Under the pieces are notes generated by a model, which made no database searches, had not been told where the DNA came from, and worked only from the letters and a program-made list of their open reading frames with translations. From Candidatus Eiseniibacteriota bacterium (GTDB lineage: Bacteria > Eisenbacteria > RBG-16-71-46 > CAZAMP01), in NCBI GenBank assembly GCA_965224245.1, contig OZ245046.1, forward strand, positions 2,144,001 to 2,208,000: a DNA stretch of 64,000 nt, given 5' to 3'. Of the stretch, positions 37,897 to 45,608 are shown piece after piece. A program made the position numbers and the translations under genes. Numbering within the stretch: position 1 is the stretch's first letter; each line of letters starts with the position of its first letter.

Positions 37897-38420
37897 CCGC
37901 GCCCGCGACGCCCGCCGCCGTACCGGTGGCCCGGAAGCCGTTCCTGATCGGCGGCGCGGCGACCGCCCTGCTGATCGCGGTCCTCGCGCTGCCCGAGCGG
38001 CAGGACGCGGCCGGATCGGTGACCGGGGATCCCGCGGGCGAGGCGCAGGAGATCTATCAGGCCTTCGTCGAGAAGGTGACGCAGTCCTCGCGCCTGCCCG
38101 AGGCCACCTCCCGAACGCGGCCCGAGCTGCCGCCTCTCACGCGGGACATCTTCAGCTCGGTCGCGCCCCCCCCGCCGGCGGCCGCCGCGGCCGAGCCGTC
38201 GGTCGCGGGCGACGCGCCCGACGCCGAGACGGAGCCCGAGCCGCGCTACCAGGGAACCTATCGCGAGGCCGGACGGCGCTTCGTCTTCCTCGACGGGCTC
38301 CGCATCGCGGTCGGCGACTCGGTCGGGACCCGGTGGGTCGTCGACGCCGACGCGACGCACGTCACCCTCTGGAGCGAGGCCGAGGGATACACCCGCATCG
38401 AACGGAGTCCGGGACGATGA
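37893..38420 (+). CDS. PilP/GspC-like or MshK-like membrane-anchored protein
   Basis: GTGA overlap; TM, RDIF, Pro/Ala linker, small beta domain (YQGT...VGDSVG...VTL); lies between pilO and the secretin. Confidence 0.55.
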   Translation: MTAPATPAAVPVARKPFLIGGAATALLIAVLALPERQDAAGSVTGDPAGEAQEIYQAFVEKVTQSSRLPEATSRTRPELPPLTRDIFSSVAPPPPAAAAAEPSVAGDAPDAETEPEPRYQGTYREAGRRFVFLDGLRIAVGDSVGTRWVVDADATHVTLWSEAEGYTRIERSPGR

Positions 38421-39997
38421 CGCCAGCGTGCCTTCGAACACCGGCGGTTCCCACTCGTGGCGGGATCGTCGCAATCGGTCCGGCGACCGTGCGGCTCGGG
38501 CGGCTCGTTCCCGTCCTGGTCGCGCTCGGAGTGCTGCTGTCGACCGGAAGCGGGACGGTCTCGGCAACCGAGCGCCCGGCGGTCGATCGGGCGCCGGATC
38601 CGATCCCCTCCAGCGTCGAGGCCCCGGTGAGCATCTCGATCACCGACGTTCCGCTGAAGACACTCGTCCAGATGTGGTCACGCGAGCGGGGCGTCAACAT
38701 CGTCTGCGCCGACGACGCCGGCGGCACCGTCAGCCTGGAGCTGACCAGCGTCCCGTTCGACGACGCCCTGCGCGCGGCGGCCGGCATCGCCGGCTTCGAG
38801 GTGATCAAGCGGGGTACGATCTACTACCTGCGCGCCACCGGCGACGATGCCGACGGCTCGAGCGAGCTCCTCGACGCGAGATCCTATCGCCTGAACTTCG
38901 CGAACCCGGCCGAGCTCGAGCCGGTGGTGACCGACATGCTGAGCCCCTGGGGCTCCGCGACCAGCTACCACCCCATGCGCGCGATCGTGGTCGAGGACAT
39001 CCCCTGGGTGCTCGAGCGCATCGCCGGCGTCGTCGAGGCCCTCGACCAGCCGCCGCGGCAGGTTCTGATCGACGCGAAGGTGCTCGAGGCACGCCTGGCG
39101 GACAACTCCTCGATCGGGATCGACTGGAGCGCGGTCTTCGGCGGCGACGACGAGGGCGTCGTCGGACAGTCCGGCTTCGCCGGCTCGACCGGCGAGACGT
39201 TCTTCGTGAGCTGGGACGACGTCGACGTGTCCGCCGCGCTGGACGCGGTGGAGGGCGTCGACGAGCTCCGGAGCCTCGCGAGCCCGCAGCTCCTCGTGAC
39301 CGACGGACAGGAGGCCCGGCTCATCATCGGCGGGCAGCTCGGATTCCGGGTCCGGAGCACCGTCGAGAGCACGGTCTTCGAGTCGGTCGAGTTCCTCGAC
39401 GTCGGCACCCAGCTCATCGTGACCCCGACGATCACCGACCACGGCTGGGTGCAGCTGGCCATCCACCCCGAGATCTCCGACGGCCAGATCCAGGAAGGGC
39501 TGCCGTCGAAGACGACCGCCGAGGTCACGACTACGGTGCTCCTGCGTGACGGTCAGACGATCCTGATCGGGGGGCTCATGCGCGATCGCGACGAGCGGAC
39601 GCGCCGGGGGATTCCCCTCCTGCGCTCGCTGCCGCTCATCGGGGCCCTCTTCGGCCGGACCACGTCTTCGAGCACGCGCAACGAGATCATCACGCTGATC
39701 CGGGTGCGGATCGTGCCGCTCGGCAGCACGCCCCCGATCGACGCGCACGCGCTCCTGGACGACGCGGAGCTCGGTGGGCCGGGCACCGGAGAGGAGCCCG
39801 ACGCCGGCGAAGAACGCGACCCGGGCGGGGACCCCGGCGCCGGCGCGAACTCGGGCAGGCCGCCCGACATCGGCGCGGAGCCCGATGCCGGCGGCGAGGC
39901 CGATGCCGGCAGCGAGGCCGATGCCGGCGGGGAGGCCGAAACCGGCGGCGAGACGCCATCCCCGCCGGAGATGCCGGGAGACGGCTCACCGCTCTGA
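38417..39997 (+). CDS. Secretin (PilQ/GspD family), compact
   Basis: LDQPPRQVLIDAKVLE, GIDW, ASPQL, DGQTILIGGL, GIPLLRSLPLIGALF; ATGA overlap. Confidence 0.92.
   Translation: MTPACLRTPAVPTRGGIVAIGPATVRLGRLVPVLVALGVLLSTGSGTVSATERPAVDRAPDPIPSSVEAPVSISITDVPLKTLVQMWSRERGVNIVCADDAGGTVSLELTSVPFDDALRAAAGIAGFEVIKRGTIYYLRATGDDADGSSELLDARSYRLNFANPAELEPVVTDMLSPWGSATSYHPMRAIVVEDIPWVLERIAGVVEALDQPPRQVLIDAKVLEARLADNSSIGIDWSAVFGGDDEGVVGQSGFAGSTGETFFVSWDDVDVSAALDAVEGVDELRSLASPQLLVTDGQEARLIIGGQLGFRVRSTVESTVFESVEFLDVGTQLIVTPTITDHGWVQLAIHPEISDGQIQEGLPSKTTAEVTTTVLLRDGQTILIGGLMRDRDERTRRGIPLLRSLPLIGALFGRTTSSSTRNEIITLIRVRIVPLGSTPPIDAHALLDDAELGGPGTGEEPDAGEERDPGGDPGAGANSGRPPDIGAEPDAGGEADAGSEADAGGEAETGGETPSPPEMPGDGSPL
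39878..39952 (+). repeat. 18-bp tandem repeat, about 4 imperfect copies, in the secretin tail
   Basis: GAG(G/C)CCGATGCCGGC(G/A)GC units encoding EPDAGG-EADAGS-EADAGG-EAETGG. Confidence 0.8.
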
Positions 39998-40080
39998 TCA
40001 CGCCCGCGTCCCTCCCCGAGACGCGGCGGTCCGGCGACGCCCAGCGGCGCCGGCGCCGCGGATGACCCCGCGGGCGACGC

Positions 40081-41529
40081 TCAGACCGCGGTCTCGGCCA
40101 CCCGCATCAGGTTCTCCGCGAACGTTCGCCCGTAAGAGGCATGTCCGAGAACCGATTCCAGGAGTCGCGCCCCGATCGCGGCGCTCTCCGCCGGCGGCAT
40201 GCAGAACCCCATCTGCGAGAACGCCGCTCGCCGCCGGGCCACCTCGTCGGCCACGTCCCGGTCGCGTATCACGACGTCGGCCACGAGCTCCGCGAGGGGT
40301 CCGAAGTCGTCCTCGCGCATCCCGAAGCGCGTCATCTCCTGGACGCCGATCCGGATGCCGGACGACTCGACGAAGCTCGTGTCGTCGGGCAGCGCCTGGT
40401 AGTTCACGACGACGTTGTTGCGCTCGAGCCGATGCGCGATCTCCTCGCCGATGCCGTGTGCCCGCACGCGGACGATCACCTGGTGGGTCTCGGTGAAGTC
40501 GTCCGCGGGATCGCCCTCGACCGCCAGCCCGGCGCCCGCGAGCGCACGCGCGAACGCCTTGGCGTTGGCGCGCACCTGACGCTGATAGGGCTCCTTGAAC
40601 GCGTTCATCTCGTACGACGCCGCCAGCAGGCCCAGGAGCGTGCCGAGGTGATGGTTCGAGGTGGAGCCCGGGAAGGCGCGGCTCCGGATCTCGATCCAGA
40701 GCTTCCTGAGAGGGTGTCCCTTTGGCAGGTTGGCCGCGATCACCCCGCGCTGAGGCCCGAAGAACGTCTTGTGCGTGGAGCCGGTGACGAGATCCGCGCC
40801 GTCCTGGAACGGGGTCTGGAATGCCCCGTACAGACCCAGCACGTGCGCCATGTCGAACATCAGGACCGGGCGACGATCCTCGCCCCATCCGGCCACCGCC
40901 TCGGCGACCTCCCGCACCGGCTCGGGGTACAGGAACATGCTCTTGCCGAAGATCATCAGGTTGGGGCGCACGTCGTCCAGCATGTCGATGAGCGCCGAGA
41001 CGTCGGTCCGGTACGGGTTGTCGGACCGGATCGGGAAGTTCGTGACCTGCTCCTTGCCGGTGTCGGAGTCGAGGTTCACGAAGTTGAAGAGCGCACCCAT
41101 CGGCTGGGCCGACAGGTGCCCCCCCTTGTTCAGGTCGTTGTTCATGACCCGGGGGATGCGCGTGGCGGGGTCGCCGGACGACTTGGCCAGGTGCTTGACC
41201 ATGGCCTTGAAGACAATCTCGTTGGACATCTGCCCCGAGATGGGCCTGAGCTCCACCTCCGAGCACCCGAAGTACGTGCGGAGCTGGGCGGCGCACTCCT
41301 GCTCCACCTCGCGGATGAAGTCGACGCCCTGGTAGTAGTAGATCTCGTTGCCCTTCTGCGAGCGATGCTCGGCGTATCGCCCGGCGGGATCGGCGATCTC
41401 GAACATCTTCACCAGCAGGCTCGGTGACTGCTCGGAGGGAATCAGGTTGAAGCACCGGCGCTGGCGCCAGAGGTTGTTCGCCACGGCCCGATCGGCCAGC
41501 GATGCGAGCTGGTCATGCAGTTCCGACAC
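40081..41529 (-). CDS. glyA: Serine hydroxymethyltransferase family enzyme, divergent type
   Basis: NLIPSE, YYQG, GGHLS, DMAHVLGL, PLP-lysine GSTHKTFFGPQRG, SGIRIG. Confidence 0.82.
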   Translation of the reverse strand: MSELHDQLASLADRAVANNLWRQRRCFNLIPSEQSPSLLVKMFEIADPAGRYAEHRSQKGNEIYYYQGVDFIREVEQECAAQLRTYFGCSEVELRPISGQMSNEIVFKAMVKHLAKSSGDPATRIPRVMNNDLNKGGHLSAQPMGALFNFVNLDSDTGKEQVTNFPIRSDNPYRTDVSALIDMLDDVRPNLMIFGKSMFLYPEPVREVAEAVAGWGEDRRPVLMFDMAHVLGLYGAFQTPFQDGADLVTGSTHKTFFGPQRGVIAANLPKGHPLRKLWIEIRSRAFPGSTSNHHLGTLLGLLAASYEMNAFKEPYQRQVRANAKAFARALAGAGLAVEGDPADDFTETHQVIVRVRAHGIGEEIAHRLERNNVVVNYQALPDDTSFVESSGIRIGVQEMTRFGMREDDFGPLAELVADVVIRDRDVADEVARRRAAFSQMGFCMPPAESAAIGARLLESVLGHASYGRTFAENLMRVAETAV

Positions 41530-41532
41530 GGT

Positions 41533-42120
41533 TCACTCTCCTTCGCGGTCCGCATCTTCGCGGCCTGCGTCCCCGCGGCCTGTGTCCCCGCGGCCTGCGT
41601 CCCCGCGGCCCGCGTCCTCGCGGCGCGCGTCGCGGGCGGCCTGGTTGATCGCCTCGCGGATCGCGGGATAGGCCCGCTTCAGGTGGCGTTCGATGATCGC
41701 GTAGGCGCGGCGGTAGTCGTTCACGTCCCCGCCGATCGGATCGAAGATCGTCAGATCCAGCGCGCCACCGGACTCCAGGTCGAGATTGTAGCCACCCAGG
41801 GGGTGCGTCTTGTGCTCGGCACCGGGCGCGATGCGGAGCACCTCGTAGATGTGATCGGCCTCCATCGTCAGCACGAGGTCCGCGCGTTCGATGAGGTCGC
41901 GATGCAAGAGCCGCGCACGGTGACCGGACGTGTCGATGCCGTTCTCGGCCGCCACGCTCACGCCCAGCGGCGAGGCCGGGGCACCGTCGTTCGCGTACGT
42001 GCCCGACGAGGACACCTCGACCCCGGTGACCATGTCGCGCTCCAGCCACCACCGCAGCATCCCCTCGGCGAGCGGACTTCGGCAGACGTTGCCGGTGCAG
42101 ATGAACAGGACGTGAAACAT
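41533..42120 (-). CDS. Low molecular weight protein phosphatase
   Basis: P-loop CTGNVCRSPLAEG, SSGT, DLVLTM, DPIG. Confidence 0.92.
   Translation of the reverse strand: MFHVLFICTGNVCRSPLAEGMLRWWLERDMVTGVEVSSSGTYANDGAPASPLGVSVAAENGIDTSGHRARLLHRDLIERADLVLTMEADHIYEVLRIAPGAEHKTHPLGGYNLDLESGGALDLTIFDPIGGDVNDYRRAYAIIERHLKRAYPAIREAINQAARDARREDAGRGDAGRGDTGRGDAGREDADREGE
41544..41631. repeat. 15-bp tandem repeat, about 5-6 imperfect copies, in the phosphatase 3' end
   Basis: Unit CGCGGCCTGCGTCCC on +; encodes ...REDAGRGDAGRGDTGRGDAGREDA on -. Confidence 0.85.
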
Positions 42121-42231
42121 CGATGTCCTCCCCGCCTGGCGCTCAGCCCGGCGGCGATTTGCGAACGTCGGTCGTCGTCGAAATCAGGCGCGGAGCCGGA
42201 CCGCGTCCGCGGCGCGAGCCCCTCCCCGGCC

Positions 42232-42714
42232 TCAGACTCGCTGCCCGTCGGCCATGCGCGCCTTCAGCGCCGCGAGCCGGTCGGCGAGCGCCGCGTCGGA
42301 CAGGGCCAGGATCTGGGCGGCGAGGATGCCCGCGTTCTTCGCCCCGGCCTTTCCGATCGCGACCGTGGCCACCGGCACCCCGGGCGGCATCTGCGCGATC
42401 GACAGGAGCGAGTCCATGCCGGACAGCGGGGATCCGTCGATCGGAACGCCGATCACGGGCAACGTCGTCAGCGCGGCCACCGCCCCCGGCAGCGCGGCCG
42501 CCATGCCCGCCCCCGCCACGAAGACCCGGATGCCGCGATCCGGAGCGCCCCGCACGAATTCGGTGACCTTATCCGGTGTCCGATGGGCAGATGCAACGAG
42601 CATCTCATGCCCGATCTCCAGCGATTCGAGGATGGCGGCGGTCGCCTCCATCGTGGTCCGGTCGGACTCCGATCCGAACACGATGGCGACCTTCGGGGAA
42701 CGAGATGTGGACAT
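42232..42714 (-). CDS. purE: N5-CAIR mutase / AIR carboxylase
   Basis: GSESD, SAHRTP, AGAGMAAALPG, PVIGVP, QMPPGVPVATV. Confidence 0.93.
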   Translation of the reverse strand: MSTSRSPKVAIVFGSESDRTTMEATAAILESLEIGHEMLVASAHRTPDKVTEFVRGAPDRGIRVFVAGAGMAAALPGAVAALTTLPVIGVPIDGSPLSGMDSLLSIAQMPPGVPVATVAIGKAGAKNAGILAAQILALSDAALADRLAALKARMADGQRV

Positions 42715-42759
42715 GGATCTTCCGTTGGAAAGGGCCGGCGTCGAGTTGGCGAACGCGTG

Positions 42760-42788
42760 AGTCTAGGAGCCGTCCGGACCGAAAGCAA
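42760..42788 (-). promoter_or_regulatory. sigma70-type promoter for purE
   Basis: TTGCTT-N17-TAGACT. Confidence 0.6.
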
Positions 42789-42814
42789 GCGCCCCGGCCA
42801 CCACCCCGGCCGAG

Positions 42815-44104
42815 TCAGCTTCGCCGGGGATCGATCACGTAGCGCGTCGAGAGCGGCGATCGGAGCACGTAGCCGACGGCTCCGGGCGGGAGCCCGTCGG
42901 CGATCGAGCCCAGCGCGTCCGCCAGCGTGACCTCGCGACGCACCCCGATGCGCCGGCACACGTCGGCGGGGAGCTCGGTGACGAGACGGACGTCCAGACG
43001 TTCGGCCTGCCGCCGCCACGACAGCGCGGTGTGCGCGTTCAGGGTGTACTCGGCACGCATCGCCTCGGCGATCTCGCTCACGGACCGCCCGTCGAACCAG
43101 CGGAGGAACGTCTCCGACCCGATCCCCTCCGGACACGCCGCGACCAGGATCAGGCGCGCGCCATCCTCCAGCACCGGCGCCAGATGAACCAGGGCCTTGT
43201 GGGTCTGCACGAGATCGATGTCTCGCGGGTGGCCGCCAGCGTCCGCCACGACGACGGTCGCGCAGGCCGCGAGGTGCGTGGCGTGGACCCGCGCGTAGTC
43301 GTCGCAAGCGCGCGCGTGGGATTCGACCAGATCCCCGCAGCGGACGTCCTCGATGCCACCGGTGGCGTCGGTGAGCACGTGCACGCCGAACACCGGCACC
43401 GGCAACAGCGCGGCCGCCTCCAGCGCGTCCAGGTGGATCGGATTGCCGGCGAGCCTTCCGGGCGCGCAGGCCGCGGCGAGGCTCTCGCCGCTCGACTCCG
43501 AGAGGATCAGGCGGTGGTTCTGGCGAATGGACTCGTAGCCGCCGAGTCCGGGAAAGATGGCCTTCCGTCCGCCCGAGAACCCGGCGAAGTAGTGATAGGA
43601 GACGCCGCCCACCGCGACGATCCGATCCTGCTCCGGAAGCTCCCGGTGAAGCGTCACGTCGGTCCCTCGCGAGGTGCGCCCCATCGGGACGAGGGACGCC
43701 GGATCGCGCGCGTCGTGCAGCCGGATGCTCGCGCGGGCCGCAAACGCCGCCGGCAGATGATCGGTGACGACCGAGGCGTCCCCCGGACGATGCGTGCCGC
43801 CGCCGACGAAGATCGTGACCTGCGCGTCCGGGACGACCCGGTCCAGCGCGTGCGCGAGCGCGGGAAGGACGCGCTCGAGACCGGCCGGTCGTGTCCGGTC
43901 GGGCACGACGACACCGACGCGCGAGGCTCCGGCCAGGAAGCGGTCGAGCGGCTCGGCGCCCTCGGGTGACGCGAATCGCGCGAGGGGATCGACGGGCCCC
44001 CTCCCGCCGGCCGGCGGGTCGGGCACCGGCCGCCAGTCGATCCCCGGGGGCAGCTCGGCGTGGAGAACGGACGCGCCGTAGCGGAGCGTCGCCGGCGCGC
44101 TCAC
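42815..44104 (-). CDS. larA: Nickel-pincer-dependent lactate racemase family (LarA homologue)
   Basis: PDRTRP, GTHR, HYFAGFSGGRKAIFPG, IRQNH, GNPIH, ACPEG; GTGA overlap with purD. Confidence 0.88.
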   Translation of the reverse strand: MSAPATLRYGASVLHAELPPGIDWRPVPDPPAGGRGPVDPLARFASPEGAEPLDRFLAGASRVGVVVPDRTRPAGLERVLPALAHALDRVVPDAQVTIFVGGGTHRPGDASVVTDHLPAAFAARASIRLHDARDPASLVPMGRTSRGTDVTLHRELPEQDRIVAVGGVSYHYFAGFSGGRKAIFPGLGGYESIRQNHRLILSESSGESLAAACAPGRLAGNPIHLDALEAAALLPVPVFGVHVLTDATGGIEDVRCGDLVESHARACDDYARVHATHLAACATVVVADAGGHPRDIDLVQTHKALVHLAPVLEDGARLILVAACPEGIGSETFLRWFDGRSVSEIAEAMRAEYTLNAHTALSWRRQAERLDVRLVTELPADVCRRIGVRREVTLADALGSIADGLPPGAVGYVLRSPLSTRYVIDPRRS

Positions 44105-45372
44105 ACGGCCTCGAGCGCCTTGGCGGCGATGTCGCGCCGGGCGTGCTTGCCGGCGAAGGCGATCCGGTCGGCCGCGTCGTAGGCGCGATCGCGGGCCGCC
44201 TCGATCGTGGGGCCCAGCGCGGTCACCGCCAGCACACGACCGCCCGCCGTGGAGAGCACTCCGTCCGATCCGCGAGCGGTGCCGGCATGAAACACGAGGA
44301 CGTCGTCCGCGGCCACCGCCTCGTGGCCGGAGATCGGAACGCCGGTCTCGTACGATCCGGGATAGCCGCCGGACGCGAGCACCACCGACACCGCGGCGCC
44401 GTCGCGGGCCACGCGGGCCGTCGGATCCAGCTCGCCGCGGGCCGCCGACATCAGGAGCCCCAGCGCCCCATCGGCGTGGAGCGGCAGCACGACCTCGGTC
44501 TCGGGATCGCCGAAGCGGCAGTTGAACTCGACGACACGCGGTCCGTCGTCGGTGACCATGAGACCGGCGTAGAGACAGCCCTGCATCGGAAAGCCCTCGG
44601 CCGCCATGCCCGCGATCGTCGGCTCCAGGATGCGGCGGCGGACCTCGGACTCGAACGTCGCGTCCGTGCGGTGCCACGGCGCGTAGGCGCCCATGCCACC
44701 GGTGTTGGGGCCACGATCCCCGTCGAACACCGGCTTGTGATCCTGAGACGGCGTCCAGGACACGATGCGGTGGCCGTCGGTGATGCCGAACACGCTCACC
44801 TCTTCACCGACCAGGCACTCCTCGATCAGCACCCGGCGTCCCGCATCGCCGAACACGCCGCCGTCCAGCATCGAGGTGAGGGCCGTCTCGGCCGTCCGGC
44901 GATCGTGACACACCACGACGCCCTTTCCCGCGGCCAGTCCGTCGGCCTTGATCACGCAGGGCAGGCCCACCTCGTCCAGATGCGCGAGCGCCGGACCCAG
45001 TGCGTCGAACGAGGCGAACCGGGCCCCGGGGATGCCGTGACGGACCATGAACTCGCGCGCGAAGCGCTTGCTCGACTCCATCCGCGCGGCCGCCCTCGAG
45101 GGACCGAACACGGCGAATCCGTCGGCCCGCACGCGATCGGCGACCCCGGCGGCCAGCGGCGCCTCGGGGCCGATCAGGACCATGTCGGCTCCGACGTCGC
45201 CGGCCACCTCGGAGACACGATCCGCGTCGGTGGGCGCTCCGGTCCGACAGTCACCGATCGCGGCCAGGCCGGGATTCCCCGGCATCGAGACCACCCTGGC
45301 ACCGTCCCTCGCGCACGCCCATCCGAGGGCGTGCTCGCGGGCCCCGCTCCCGACGATCAACACGGTGTGCAT
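44101..45372 (-). CDS. purD: Phosphoribosylamine-glycine ligase
   Basis: GSGAREHAL, KADGLAAGKGV, QDHK, GPNTGGMGAY, EFNCRFGDPE, FHAGT. Confidence 0.96.
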   Translation of the reverse strand: MHTVLIVGSGAREHALGWACARDGARVVSMPGNPGLAAIGDCRTGAPTDADRVSEVAGDVGADMVLIGPEAPLAAGVADRVRADGFAVFGPSRAAARMESSKRFAREFMVRHGIPGARFASFDALGPALAHLDEVGLPCVIKADGLAAGKGVVVCHDRRTAETALTSMLDGGVFGDAGRRVLIEECLVGEEVSVFGITDGHRIVSWTPSQDHKPVFDGDRGPNTGGMGAYAPWHRTDATFESEVRRRILEPTIAGMAAEGFPMQGCLYAGLMVTDDGPRVVEFNCRFGDPETEVVLPLHADGALGLLMSAARGELDPTARVARDGAAVSVVLASGGYPGSYETGVPISGHEAVAADDVLVFHAGTARGSDGVLSTAGGRVLAVTALGPTIEAARDRAYDAADRIAFAGKHARRDIAAKALEAV

Positions 45373-45425
45373 GTCCGGGCCCCCGCCGGTCCCGATCGCC
45401 GGACGCGCCGCGACCGGGTCCGGTG

Positions 45426-45608
45426 TCACTCGAGCCGCTCGGCTCGAAACCACTCCAGCGCCGACCCGTCGCTCTGGAACGCGATCTGGATCGGCCGACA
45501 GCATACCTCGCAGTCCTCGACGTACTCGGCGCGCCCCTCGCCGAGATCGAGGACCATCGAGATCGTCTCCCAGCAGCTCGGGCATCGAAAGGCGTGCTCG
45601 ACGGTCAC
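45426..45608 (-). CDS. CPXCG motif cysteine-rich small protein
   Basis: CPSCWE...YVEDCEVCCRPI; 60 aa; GTGA overlap with pcrA. Confidence 0.85.
   Translation of the reverse strand: MTVEHAFRCPSCWETISMVLDLGEGRAEYVEDCEVCCRPIQIAFQSDGSALEWFRAERLE

Noticed and set aside
24968-39997. Pilus block as a mobile element
   Set aside because: It is strand-inverted relative to its flanks, but no integrase, transposase, tRNA or flanking direct repeats are visible and codon style matches the host.
31706-41631. Short tandem repeats as CRISPR arrays
   Set aside because: Units are 15-18 bp with no spacers, two of the three are in coding sequence, and no cas genes are present.
41544-41631. RGD motifs as integrin-binding adhesin sites
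   Set aside because: The protein is cytoplasmic with no export signal; RGD is a by-product of a GC-rich repeat.
42232-42714. purE as larB
   Set aside because: 160 aa with canonical PurE motifs (GSESD, SAHRT, QMPPGVPV), lacking the LarB N-terminal domain.
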